DNA from: Trueperaceae bacterium
GTDB lineage: Bacteria > Deinococcota > Deinococci > Deinococcales > Trueperaceae
DNA length: 64,000 bases
Reading direction: 5' to 3'
Assembly: GCA_965213925.1 (NCBI GenBank)
Contig: OZ243927.1
Span: forward strand, 2,528,001-2,592,000
Shown: one piece after another, positions 38,753 to 48,107 of the stretch
Numbering within the stretch: the stretch's first letter is position 1
How the letters are laid out: every line of letters starts with the position of its first letter
Position numbers and translations under genes: made by a program
Notes under the pieces: generated by a model
Seen by the model: only the letters and a program-made list of their open reading frames with translations
The model's database searches: none
What the model was told of the DNA's origin: nothing

Positions 38753-40033
38753 TCAACTCACGAGACCCGCTCGCCGTCCATACGCTTCGACAACATACAC
38801 AGCGTTCTCGAGCCCGCGCTCTTCTCGAATCGCCGCGCCGAGCTGCGCCGCCTTGCGCTGCATCGCCTCATCAGCCGTAACGCGCTGAATAGCTTGGGCG
38901 AGTTTTTCTACCGTGAGGTCTTTACGAGGAATGGGCGCAGGACCGACACCCAACGCTTCCACCTGTCGCCCCCAAAACGGCTGATCGCCAAAGAATGGGA
39001 TGACCACGTTGGGGACACCCGCCCGCAAGCCAGCCGCCGTCGTGCCTGCGCCGCCGTGATGAATGACAGCCGCCATGCGCGGGAAGAGCCAGGTGTGCGG
39101 CACGGCGTCACTCAGGTAGACGTTGTCCGGCAGAGTTTTACTCATCAGACCGCCCCAGCCTTTAAGTAGCACGGCTCGCTGTCCGGTGCGTTCCAACGCG
39201 CTCAGCACCAAGTCAGCGGTCTCTTCCGGGTTGCGGTTGCCCATGCTGCCGAAGCCGATGTAAAGGGGCGGCGGTCCTGCTTGTAAAAAGGCTTGCAGGT
39301 CGCCGGGCGGCTGCCACTCGCTTTGGGGCTCTAAAAACCAGTAGCCCGTCATGTGGATGTCGGCGTTCCAGTCGGTTGGCTTTGGGATGACGTTCGGGCT
39401 GACGCCGTAGAGCACGGGCGCACGGGGCGTCCTCTTTTGCGGACGCGGACCCCAAAAAGGCGCAGGAGGTAGGTCGAGTACCCGCTGTCTCGCGAGACGG
39501 TCGCCCGCCCTCGAGCTTTGCCACATTACCTGCTGGACAAGGCGGTAGCTGAGGCGATTGGCAAGCCCGCCGAGTTTAGGCGCATTCGCCGGGACGAGCG
39601 GATGGGGAAAGTCGCGCGTAGGCGTGAACGGCACGACGTAGGACTCGAGCAGTGGCACATGGAGCTTTTCAGATAAGGCTCGAGCCAGAAACAGCCCGCC
39701 GATGCCCGCGATGAGGAGGTCTACGCCCTGCACTGCGCGTAGCGCGTCCCGCGCCCAGTCAACGGCGAGGGTTTGCGCCAGCTTCGCAGTGTGCTGGTTG
39801 ATCTTGATGAAGTTTCCCTTCTCGAGTAGCTCGAGCATCTCCGGTGACTGCGCCACCTCTTGGACGTTGCCCTGCACGGACCAAAAGTCTAAGCCGTTCG
39901 CCCGCGCCGCGTCCTCAAAGTTTTCGTGAGTAATCAGGCGGACGCTGTGGTTGGCATTCTTGAGGGCAGTGCCGAGCGCGAGGTAGGGCTGCACGTCTCC
40001 TTGCGAGCCCACCGAAATGATTGCGATGTTCAC
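38753..40033 (-). CDS. GT-B glycosyltransferase (GT1/GT28-N, sterol glucosyltransferase-like)
   Basis: GSQGDVQP, GFGSM, HHGGAGTT and PFFGDQ motifs. Confidence 0.92.
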   Translation of the reverse strand: MNIAIISVGSQGDVQPYLALGTALKNANHSVRLITHENFEDAARANGLDFWSVQGNVQEVAQSPEMLELLEKGNFIKINQHTAKLAQTLAVDWARDALRAVQGVDLLIAGIGGLFLARALSEKLHVPLLESYVVPFTPTRDFPHPLVPANAPKLGGLANRLSYRLVQQVMWQSSRAGDRLARQRVLDLPPAPFWGPRPQKRTPRAPVLYGVSPNVIPKPTDWNADIHMTGYWFLEPQSEWQPPGDLQAFLQAGPPPLYIGFGSMGNRNPEETADLVLSALERTGQRAVLLKGWGGLMSKTLPDNVYLSDAVPHTWLFPRMAAVIHHGGAGTTAAGLRAGVPNVVIPFFGDQPFWGRQVEALGVGPAPIPRKDLTVEKLAQAIQRVTADEAMQRKAAQLGAAIREERGLENAVYVVEAYGRRAGLVS

Positions 40034-40078
40034 AGGATGCTCCTTGTGCGCTGCGTCATGGTTTTGCGCTACTTAGCA

Positions 40079-40483
40079 TTAAATTTCACGTGTCTCTATT
40101 CCGTTCATTAAGAGGTCAGCCAAGGTGTCTGGCAAGTCGTCCCAAGCCTCGGTAAGCACAGCGTCCCCCAACACGCGCTGAACCAGCAAGCCGATGATGA
40201 GGCTCGAGATCATGCGCATCGTCAAGTCGCTGCGCTCAAACGTGACGCCGTTGCGCGTTGCCCACATCTCTATAAACTGCTCCGCCCCCTGAATCATAGG
40301 AGCGAGAAGTTGCGTAGAAAAGCGCTTCCCGAGTTCCCGGTTGACCATAACTTCGGACATGAGCGCCTTGAAAAGGTCGAAGTCGTTTGACTGAAAGGCT
40401 TGTAGAGGTTGCTGGACATAGAGTTTCAGGAACGTCGGGATGTCAGCGTCTTTAAGACTCGTTGCCCGCTCTGAAGTATTCTG
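40079..40483 (-). pseudogene. TetR/AcrR-like regulator remnant lacking the N-terminal HTH
   Basis: Open frame from just after the ispE stop to 40079, all-helical TetR C-domain-like (LFKALMSEVMVNREL...L..G); no HTH and no start in front of it. Confidence 0.5.
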
Positions 40484-41326
40484 TTAGAGCGTCCGCACCG
40501 CCCTCACCCACCAGTTCGGATACATCTCCTCAAACTTCGCTTCCACCTCTTTTGCGTGCGCCTCATCTCTTGCTATTCCAAAACACGTCGAACCCGAGCC
40601 CGACATCATCACGCCGCGCAGTCCCTCGAGCCTGAGCGCCGTAATCACCTCGCGGATATAAGGCTCTTGTAGCATGACGCCGGGTTGTAAAGCGTTGACG
40701 TACGTTGGTTTCTTATCCGGTCGCAGGCTCTCGAGAAGCGTATCTAACTCGGGGCGCGGGCTGAAGTTCTGCAGGTTTTCGTAGGCGGTTTTAGCGCTCA
40801 CTTCGACGCCGGGGTTGAGCAAAACGAGGTGAAGCTCGGGCACGTTGACCTCTTCTAGCTTCTCGCCTCGACCTCTCGCCCTCGCTGCTGAAACGTTTTG
40901 GGTGAAAAACGGCACGTCTGAGCCTAATTTTTTCGCAATCTCTGAGAGGTCAACGTCTGCGGGATAGAGTTGCGCAAGCCCGCGCAATACCGCGCCCGCA
41001 TCCGACGAGCCGCCGCCCAAACCTGCCGCGACGGGGATGCGCTTCTCTAGGTCGATGTGAACGCCCTCTTGTCGACCTGTTTTTTCGGCGTAGACCTCGA
41101 GATACACCCTAGCCGCGCGAAACGCTAAGTTATCCTCCCCTTCGCCTAAATCTGCGCCTTGAACGTCTAGTGTCACCGAGGGAGCAGGTCCCAACCTCAC
41201 CGTGTCGAACACGCTAATCTTCGCCATCAGCGTATCGACTTCGTGGTAGCCGTCGCCCCTTTTGGCGACGACGTTAAGACCTAGATTCACTTTGGCGTAG
41301 GCGCTTAATTCTAAAGGCTCAGTCAT
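40484..41326 (-). CDS. ispE: 4-diphosphocytidyl-2-C-methyl-D-erythritol kinase
   Basis: AKVNL.L, DGYHE, IPVAAGLGGGSSDA and MSGSGST motifs. Confidence 0.96.
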   Translation of the reverse strand: MTEPLELSAYAKVNLGLNVVAKRGDGYHEVDTLMAKISVFDTVRLGPAPSVTLDVQGADLGEGEDNLAFRAARVYLEVYAEKTGRQEGVHIDLEKRIPVAAGLGGGSSDAGAVLRGLAQLYPADVDLSEIAKKLGSDVPFFTQNVSAARARGRGEKLEEVNVPELHLVLLNPGVEVSAKTAYENLQNFSPRPELDTLLESLRPDKKPTYVNALQPGVMLQEPYIREVITALRLEGLRGVMMSGSGSTCFGIARDEAHAKEVEAKFEEMYPNWWVRAVRTL

Positions 41327-41975
41327 GTTGAGCGTCCCATACAGCGGCGAGAGCGGAGGCGATCTCTAAGTCGGCGGGCGTCGTCACCTTCATGAGCCAC
41401 TGGCTTCCCTCGACTAAGGCGACGCTCTGACCGGCGAGGCGAACCAAGCCCGCGTCGTCGGTGGCTTCGATACGGTTCTCGAGCGCATTTTGATGCGCGT
41501 TCATGATGACCTCTCGTCTGAAGCCCTGCGGCGTCTGCACCGCTCGCAACGTCTGCCTAGCTACGGTCTCGCCCGTCGCTTCTTGAATGAGCGTATCTGC
41601 AACGGGCGCAACAACAGAAGCCGCGCCGGTTCGCTCGACCTCTCGGATGACCTCTCGGATGATGTGTGAGCTTAAAAAAGGTCGCGCCGCGTCGTGGATA
41701 AGGACAACGTCAGCGTTCGTAGCGTCCAAGAGGTTGCGCACGCTCGCCTGCCGCGTCTCGCCACCTCGCACGAGGGTGACCCGGTTGCCTAGCTCTATTT
41801 CGACTGCTCCACACATCTCCGGCGCGACGGCGAGGACGACCTCGTCGACTTGACCTTCAAAAGCCCCGACCGAGCGCGCCAAGAGACTCCGCCCGTTCAC
41901 CTCGACTAACGCTTTATGACCTCTTCCTAAGCGCGTACCCGAGCCAGCCGCCGGAATGAGCGCGGCGACCTTCAC
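41319..41975 (-). CDS. ispD: 2-C-methyl-D-erythritol 4-phosphate cytidylyltransferase
   Basis: PAAGSGTR, GG.TRQ.SV, HDAARPF, QTPQ and TDD motifs. Confidence 0.96.
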   Translation of the reverse strand: MKVAALIPAAGSGTRLGRGHKALVEVNGRSLLARSVGAFEGQVDEVVLAVAPEMCGAVEIELGNRVTLVRGGETRQASVRNLLDATNADVVLIHDAARPFLSSHIIREVIREVERTGAASVVAPVADTLIQEATGETVARQTLRAVQTPQGFRREVIMNAHQNALENRIEATDDAGLVRLAGQSVALVEGSQWLMKVTTPADLEIASALAAVWDAQHD

Positions 41976-42550
41976 GCCGGTTCTTTCCAGCGGGGCGAGC
42001 GAGCGTTGTCGACGCCCAAGAGGTCGAGCGTGCGGGCGGTGACGCCGCTGATGAGGTCGTCTATCGTCTCAGGGCGGTGGTAAAAGCCGGGTGAGGCGGG
42101 CATGATGGTCGCACCTGCGTCGAACGCGGCGAGCATGTTATGGATCATTGGGCGAGAGAAGGGCGCTTCGCGGAGGACTAAGACGAGAGGTCGGCGCTCT
42201 TTGAGCGTCACGTGGGCAGCCCTTGAGAGGAGGTTGTCCGCCATGCCCTGCGCGACTTTCGCGAGCGTGCCGGCGGAGCAAGGGGTGATGACCATGCCTA
42301 ACACGCGAAAAGAGCCCGAGGAGATGGCTGCGCCTAAGTCGGCGTCTTTGTAGGACACGTCGGCTAGCGCCTCCAACCCTAATACCGTCTCGTCAAGCTC
42401 GGTGGGGATGACCTGCTTCGCGCCGCTGGTTATAACCACGTGCGTTTCAACGGGCAAGTCTCGGAGCGTCCTCAAGAGGTCCTTTGCGTAAATCATGCCG
42501 CTGCCGCCGCTTACGCCGACGACGATGCGGGGGGGCAACTCGAGCTTCAC
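41972..42550 (-). CDS. ubiX: Flavin prenyltransferase UbiX
   Basis: G.SGGSG, ISSGS, PCS..TL, RAA.V.LKE.R.L, REAP and PGFYH.P motifs. Confidence 0.93.
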   Translation of the reverse strand: MKLELPPRIVVGVSGGSGMIYAKDLLRTLRDLPVETHVVITSGAKQVIPTELDETVLGLEALADVSYKDADLGAAISSGSFRVLGMVITPCSAGTLAKVAQGMADNLLSRAAHVTLKERRPLVLVLREAPFSRPMIHNMLAAFDAGATIMPASPGFYHRPETIDDLISGVTARTLDLLGVDNARSPRWKEPA

Positions 42551-42736
42551 CGTGACGTCCGGCAGAAAAGGAATAAAACCATCTTGCTACCATACCGCAA
42601 CCACCGGATTAGAAAATTGCGGTGCGCGGCGCAAAATGAGGTTAGCGGTTCAGGGATTGACTTCAGATAGACGCCTCGCCGCTATAAGCCTCATAAAGAA
42701 CACGTCACGCAGTTCATGAAACGCTAAGCTAGGGGT

Positions 42737-43132
42737 ATGACCCGAGAACGAGGTATGACATATGAGAGGTTCAAAGAGACTGTCGAAGAGATGGTTGCGG
42801 AGATTCCCGAAGAGTTTATGGAAGGGTTGCAGGGCGTCCACGTGTTGGAGCACATCAAGCGCGAAGAAGAGTACGAGAACGTCGTGCGTTTGGGCGAATA
42901 CTTAGACCCCGGACCCGAGAGCTTTTTAGGGGGCAACGGCTTAGGGCGGCACATCGCGCTTTACTACGGCTCGTTTAAGGACATTGCCAGAGGAGACCCT
43001 GATTTTGACTGGGACGCGGAGATTTGGGACACGTTGACACACGAACTGCGCCACCACGTCGAGTCGCTAGCGGGTGACGCGAGTTTGATCGAGGAGGATA
43101 TCCAGCGCGAGAAGACGTTTAAGCGGCGTTGA
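42737..43132 (+). CDS. Zincin-like metallopeptidase family protein
   Basis: IP.EF..GL, I.LYYGSF and HELRHH motifs; TAAGCT 6 nt before the ATG. Confidence 0.82.
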   Translation: MTRERGMTYERFKETVEEMVAEIPEEFMEGLQGVHVLEHIKREEEYENVVRLGEYLDPGPESFLGGNGLGRHIALYYGSFKDIARGDPDFDWDAEIWDTLTHELRHHVESLAGDASLIEEDIQREKTFKRR

Positions 43133-43210
43133 TGGTATGGAACGGACTCGAGACTCAGTGCGTATGCGTCGGGGTGGTTTTGCACGCAGCGCCCCTACGC
43201 TCACATAAGC

Positions 43211-44020
43211 TCAGCCGAAACGCCCCTCCACATACCGCTCCGTCATCTCGTGCTTAGGGTTCGTGAAAATCTGATCCGTCGGACCCTCTTCGACCATCAC
43301 GCCCAGGTGCATAAACGCCGTGCGGTCCGCCACGCGCCCCGCTTGCTGCATGTTGTGCGTCACGATAATGACCGTGTAGTCCTTTTTGATTTCATGAATC
43401 AGCTCTTCAATGCGGTCGGTAGCGACGGGGTCCAAAGCAGAGGTCGGCTCGTCCATCAGAATCACATCGGGCTCGGTCGCCATCGCGCGGGCGATACAGA
43501 GGCGCTGCTGCTGACCGCCCGAAAGACTGAGCCCCGACTGGTCGAGCTTGTTCTTGACCTCGTCCCAAACTGCTGCCCCTTTAAGGCTCTTCTCAACGAG
43601 TTCATCCATGTCGCCCTCGTAACCGTTCAGCCGAGGACCGAAGGCAACGTTATCGTAAATGCTTTTCGGAAAAGGATTGGGCTTCTGAAAGACCATTCCA
43701 ACACGTCTGCGTACCTCGACGGCGTCCACCGAACTGTCGTATACGTCAACGTCTTCGTAGATAACCCGTCCCTCAGTTTTGACGATGGGGATGAGGTCGT
43801 TCATTCGGTTGATGCAGCGTAAGAGCGTCGTTTTACCGCAACCCGACGCGCCAATCAGCGCTGAGACTTGGTTTTTAGGAAATTTGACCGAGACGCCGTG
43901 GAGCGCCTGGAAGTCGTCGTACCAAAGTTTGAAGTCGTCGATGTGGACAGCGACTTCACTGTCATCGGGTACGTCGGTATGAATCGTTTTGTGATCGTAG
44001 TCGATGTCGGGCATGGGCAT
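43211..44020 (-). CDS. pstB: Phosphate ABC transporter ATP-binding protein
   Basis: [22 protein letters not shown] and [13 protein letters not shown] motifs. Confidence 0.96.
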   Translation of the reverse strand: MPMPDIDYDHKTIHTDVPDDSEVAVHIDDFKLWYDDFQALHGVSVKFPKNQVSALIGASGCGKTTLLRCINRMNDLIPIVKTEGRVIYEDVDVYDSSVDAVEVRRRVGMVFQKPNPFPKSIYDNVAFGPRLNGYEGDMDELVEKSLKGAAVWDEVKNKLDQSGLSLSGGQQQRLCIARAMATEPDVILMDEPTSALDPVATDRIEELIHEIKKDYTVIIVTHNMQQAGRVADRTAFMHLGVMVEEGPTDQIFTNPKHEMTERYVEGRFG

Positions 44021-44170
44021 GGTTAGGACTCCAATGGTGAGGAGATTACTACGGTAGTCGCGCGTAAATGATGCTTCTGAAAGCTGCCGGAAGCGGATGT
44101 GTTCGTCTTGGTAAGAGGTGTCATCATCTCGATATGGGTCTAGGTAACGCTGACTCGAGTAGGCGCGTTG

Positions 44171-44217
44171 ATGACCAGATGATACCTGCTGTCTCTATGA
44201 CCAGATGATACCTGCTA
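44171..44217 (-). repeat. Tandemly duplicated MITE left end supplying the pstA stop codon
   Basis: ATGACCAGATGATACCTGCT at 44171-44190 and 44197-44216, matching the end of copy 2 (ACCAGATGATACCTGCTA). Confidence 0.7.
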
Positions 44218-45504
44218 CCACTTCCGCTCAAAGCGCCGGCGGATATAAAAGACGAAGCCGTAGAGCATAAGCAGCACAGCGAGCAGCACGATGATGGCGG
44301 CGGAGGCGACGTGGATGAATTCGACGTCGTTCTCAGCAACCCACGAGTAGATTTGAATAGGGACGACCGTGTAGCGCGAGAAGGGTCCGTCGGGCAAGAA
44401 GGGCACGAAGGCGGCAGCGCCGACTAAAAGTAGCGGCGCGGTCTCACCGATGGCTCTGGCGATGGCGAGAATCACGCCCGTCATGATGCCCGCAATTGCA
44501 TTGGGTACGACCACACGGCTCACGGTTTGCCATTTGGTCGCGCCTAGACCGTAGCTCGCTTGGCGCAGCGAGCTAGGTACGGACTTGATCGCTTCACGCG
44601 CCGCGATGATGACGACGGGCAAGATGAGGAGCGAGAGCGTGATGGCGGCGGCGAGCACGACGGGTCCCATCCCTGCTAAACGCACAAAGTAGTAGAGCCC
44701 CAAAATACCGTAGACGATACTCGGCACGCCCGCTAAGTTGCGGATGTTGATTTCGATAAAGCGCGTGAAGCGGTTCGTGGGCGCGTATTCCTCTAGGTAA
44801 ATCGCCGCGCCCACCCCCACAGGCAAAGAGAAGAGGATGACGAAGGCAATCACCCAGAGGCTGCCGAGCAGCGCGGTGCGAATCCCGGCGACGACGGGGC
44901 TACTCGAGGAGTTCTTGTTAAAAAACGAAAAGTCGAGCCAGGGGTTTAAGTAGAGGTTTTGCTCTTCGGTTAAGTTTGCCCTGAGTTCGTCTAACTGCGC
45001 CCACCCCTCAAAGGGTCCCAAGTCGATGATACGTCTATCGTCACCGCGCACGTTGTCGTCGCGCGAGCTAGTCACGACCCAGCGAAAGGGTCCCTCGTCG
45101 GTGTACCACATCAGCTCGATGCGGTTGCGGGCGTAGAAGAGACGCTTCTCTTCAGGATCGTTCAGGATTTCGTCTACCTCTTCTGGGCTTTGACCTTGTG
45201 CGGCAAACTCACGGCGCAAAAGGGGCTCATCTTGACCGAAGGGTGCAACGCTCCAAGCGTAGGTCTGACCGCTGTTGGCGGGCTCGACGACCTGCCACGA
45301 GATAGAATCGCGAATCACATCGAAGAAGAGCACCGCAATAAGGGCAATCGCCAAGACCACCGGAATGAAGGTGACGACGGAGAAGATTTTCCCGGCGCGT
45401 TTGCGGGCGGCTAAGCGCTTCTTTTCTTCGCTGCTGAGGAGGCTTTTGGACTGAGCGTTGGAGGCAGTGGGCTGCTGTTTATTTTTATTAGCAGGCGTGT
45501 CCAT
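44215..45504 (-). CDS. pstA: Phosphate ABC transporter permease PstA (large extracytoplasmic insert)
   Basis: IYLEEYA, NLAGVPSIVYG and RAIGETAP motifs. Confidence 0.94.
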   Translation of the reverse strand: MDTPANKNKQQPTASNAQSKSLLSSEEKKRLAARKRAGKIFSVVTFIPVVLAIALIAVLFFDVIRDSISWQVVEPANSGQTYAWSVAPFGQDEPLLRREFAAQGQSPEEVDEILNDPEEKRLFYARNRIELMWYTDEGPFRWVVTSSRDDNVRGDDRRIIDLGPFEGWAQLDELRANLTEEQNLYLNPWLDFSFFNKNSSSSPVVAGIRTALLGSLWVIAFVILFSLPVGVGAAIYLEEYAPTNRFTRFIEINIRNLAGVPSIVYGILGLYYFVRLAGMGPVVLAAAITLSLLILPVVIIAAREAIKSVPSSLRQASYGLGATKWQTVSRVVVPNAIAGIMTGVILAIARAIGETAPLLLVGAAAFVPFLPDGPFSRYTVVPIQIYSWVAENDVEFIHVASAAIIVLLAVLLMLYGFVFYIRRRFERKW

Positions 45505-46442
45505 TATTCGTACTGCTCCTGAAAGCGGCTCACCACTTGTTGAGCGATGAGATTGAGGGCTAAGGTCATGACGAAGAGCGTGGCGGCGACCGCGTAGAGC
45601 GAACGCGCCGCGAGCGAGCCCGCCGGTGCGTCGCCCGTACCCGCTTGCACGATGTACGCGGTCATCGTCGCAATCGTCTCGCGCGGGTCGAAAGTCAGCG
45701 TCGGCTTCTGCCCGGCGGCTAAGGTCACGATCATCGTCTCGCCAATCGCCCGCGCCATCGCTAAGATAAACGACGCGACGATGCCCGAAAGCGCGGCGGG
45801 TACGACGATTTTCGTGACGACCTCATACTTGGACGCGCCCAAGCCGTAGCCCCCTTCACGAAGGCTCTGCGGCACGGATTGCATCGCGTCGGCTGAGATC
45901 GAGGAGACCGTCGGCAAGATCATAAAGCCCATGACAATACCTGCTGAAAGCGGGTTGAAGAGGTCCATCCCTGGAATGAAGCTGCGCAGAAAGGGCGTCA
46001 CAAAAAGCAGCGCAAAGTAGCCGAGCACGACGGTGGGGATGCCCGCTAAAATCTCTAAGATAGGGGTGATTCTGCGCCGCGTCTTATCCTCAGCAAATTC
46101 CGAGAGGTAGATGGCTGCGCCTAAGCCGAGCGGCAGACCGATGATGAGCGCGATGCCCGTCACTAGCAGTGTACCCGCTACGAGCGGTGCGATGCCGTAG
46201 TTCTTTTCGGCAAAGAGAGGGGTCCACTGGTCGTTCGTGAAGAACTCGAGGAGCGAGACCTCGCGGAAAAACGAAATAGTCTCTTCGGTCAGCGCGAAGA
46301 CCACCGCGAGCGTCGTTACAATCGAGATCGCAGCGCAGACGAAGAGCACGCCCGCGATAGCGGTCTCTTTGACGTTGCGGTTGCCGCTCTTGGATAAGCC
46401 CGCAGCTTTAGCGGCGTCTTTGCCCGCTTGACTTGTTGCCAT
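45504..46442 (-). CDS. pstC: Phosphate ABC transporter permease PstC
   Basis: [11 protein letters not shown] and RAIGETMIV motifs. Confidence 0.95.
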   Translation of the reverse strand: MATSQAGKDAAKAAGLSKSGNRNVKETAIAGVLFVCAAISIVTTLAVVFALTEETISFFREVSLLEFFTNDQWTPLFAEKNYGIAPLVAGTLLVTGIALIIGLPLGLGAAIYLSEFAEDKTRRRITPILEILAGIPTVVLGYFALLFVTPFLRSFIPGMDLFNPLSAGIVMGFMILPTVSSISADAMQSVPQSLREGGYGLGASKYEVVTKIVVPAALSGIVASFILAMARAIGETMIVTLAAGQKPTLTFDPRETIATMTAYIVQAGTGDAPAGSLAARSLYAVAATLFVMTLALNLIAQQVVSRFQEQYE

Positions 46443-46629
46443 ACAGTCTCCTTATATTTGTGTGTGTTTACGTGCGTGTTGCTTACAGCAACCTCATTGC
46501 CACTAAATCATTGCTACTAGATGGGGTCACTCACTCGTCTCAATCATACTTGCGGAAGGTCAGCTCAATGTGACGCGGTAGTCCAGTGTAGAGCTACCGT
46601 GAGATGACATCTTTACAAGATAGAAAACA

Positions 46630-46653
46630 GTCCTCAGAGCACACTCTGAGGAC
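46630..46653 (-). terminator. Hairpin between pstS and pstC
   Basis: GTCCTCAGAG-CACA-CTCTGAGGAC, followed on the minus strand by TGTTTT. Confidence 0.6.
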
Positions 46654-46704
46654 CAGAATACCGAATTATCGGTGACGATATGTCAGCGCATTGTCAGCTA
46701 CGGT

Positions 46705-47715
46705 TTAGTTGCCACCCGTGCTGCTACCACCCGTGCTGCTACCACTGCCACTCACGCCTTCGCGGATGGTGTCGATGATAGAGTCGCCTGCTTGATAGTT
46801 TCCGAAGACGCTACCCGTAACCCGTGCGTCGAAGCGCTCTTGCGCGGCGCTATAAGCGTCACCGCTGAGGAGTACGTAACCCGTGTCTTCGATTAAAGGA
46901 CGCGCATCTTCGCTCAAGTAGAAGTTGACGAACTCGCCGATGACGGGCTTGTTGTCCGCCGAGGTGGGGCTCACGTAGATAAAGAGTGGGCGAGCGAGCG
47001 GCGTGTAGGTGCCGTCCTCAACCGTCTCGGCGCTTGGCTCAACGCAGCCGTCTCCGGAGTCAATCGCGAGCGCTTTGACCGAACCCTCATTCTCGGCGTA
47101 GTAGGCGTAGCCGAAGTAGCCAATCGCGTACTGACTGCCTTCAACGCCGCGCAGCAAGACGTTATCGTCTTCAGAGGGCGTCACATCGGTGCGGCTTGCG
47201 CCGGACTCGCCGACAATCGCTTCGGTGAAGTAGTCGAAGGTGCCCGAGTCAGTGCCGGGGATGAAGAAGCTGATCTCTTCGTCGGGGAACTCTGAGCGGA
47301 CATCGCTCCAGGTGGTGACGCTCGAGTCCGGCTCAAAGATCATGGCGAGTTCGTCCGTAGTCAAGCAGTCCACGAAGTCCGCTTCGTTATTGACCGCGAC
47401 TGTGAGCGCGTCGAACGCGACGGGCAGCTCGATGACCTCGACGCCGTTGGACGAGCAGGTCTCAAGCTCGCTGTCACGAACCGTGCGGCTCGCGTCGTTG
47501 ATGTCGGTCTCGTCTTGACAGTACTTCTCGAAGCCGCCCCCGGTCCCTGAAAACGCCACGGTGACCTGCGCGTCAGGGTTGATGATTTGGAACTCTTCAG
47601 CGACCGCTAAAGAGATGGGGTAGACCGTCGAGGAGCCGTCAATACGTACGCTGCTATCCTGAGCAAAGGAAGCGCAAGCGAGGGCGAAAACGGCTAGTGC
47701 AATGATTTTTTTCAC
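46705..47715 (-). CDS. pstS: Phosphate ABC transporter substrate-binding protein
   Basis: DGSSTVYP, SGTGGGF, DSGTFDYF and Y.PLARPLFIY motifs; signal peptide. Confidence 0.95.
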   Translation of the reverse strand: MKKIIALAVFALACASFAQDSSVRIDGSSTVYPISLAVAEEFQIINPDAQVTVAFSGTGGGFEKYCQDETDINDASRTVRDSELETCSSNGVEVIELPVAFDALTVAVNNEADFVDCLTTDELAMIFEPDSSVTTWSDVRSEFPDEEISFFIPGTDSGTFDYFTEAIVGESGASRTDVTPSEDDNVLLRGVEGSQYAIGYFGYAYYAENEGSVKALAIDSGDGCVEPSAETVEDGTYTPLARPLFIYVSPTSADNKPVIGEFVNFYLSEDARPLIEDTGYVLLSGDAYSAAQERFDARVTGSVFGNYQAGDSIIDTIREGVSGSGSSTGGSSTGGN

Positions 47716-47844
47716 TTTGTAACCTCCGAAAGAGAGGCTACCGAACCCCAGTCATCGTTTTGTCAGCTTGCGCGTTCATGAAGGAATTGAGCGTGGCTCA
47801 CTGCTACGACGCTTCATTAAGCTCAGCCATACTTAGCCTCAATC

Positions 47845-47874
47845 TTGACACGCCAACGAACGGTTTTATATACT
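47845..47874 (+). promoter_or_regulatory. Sigma70-type promoter facing the sugar ABC operon
   Basis: TTGACA-18 nt-TATACT. Confidence 0.55.
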
Positions 47875-48107
47875 CATCTGCAACGCATAAAGTCTAAACA
47901 GAACGTCCTGAACGCATCTTGTCGGACGTAACGCAACTATGAGGACTCCGGGCGCTAGGGGAAAGCGTAGGCGTTTTTAGACGAGTCTTTACCCGAGAGC
48001 TAGCGGAGGTACGCAAGGCTGTGGCGACGTGACACATACTTTTATTTTCTATGACGTTCTTTTGGTCACATATGAAGCCGCTCTACGCAGATATTTAAGC
48101 GCGGTCT

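Noticed and set aside
43160..43200. GTAG-type REP (CGCCCCTAC) between the zincin gene and pstB
   Set aside because: Only a half motif with no matching arm, too weak to call
46710..46750. Tandem CCACCCGTGCTGCTA repeat
   Set aside because: Encodes the GSSTGGSSTGG low-complexity tail of PstS
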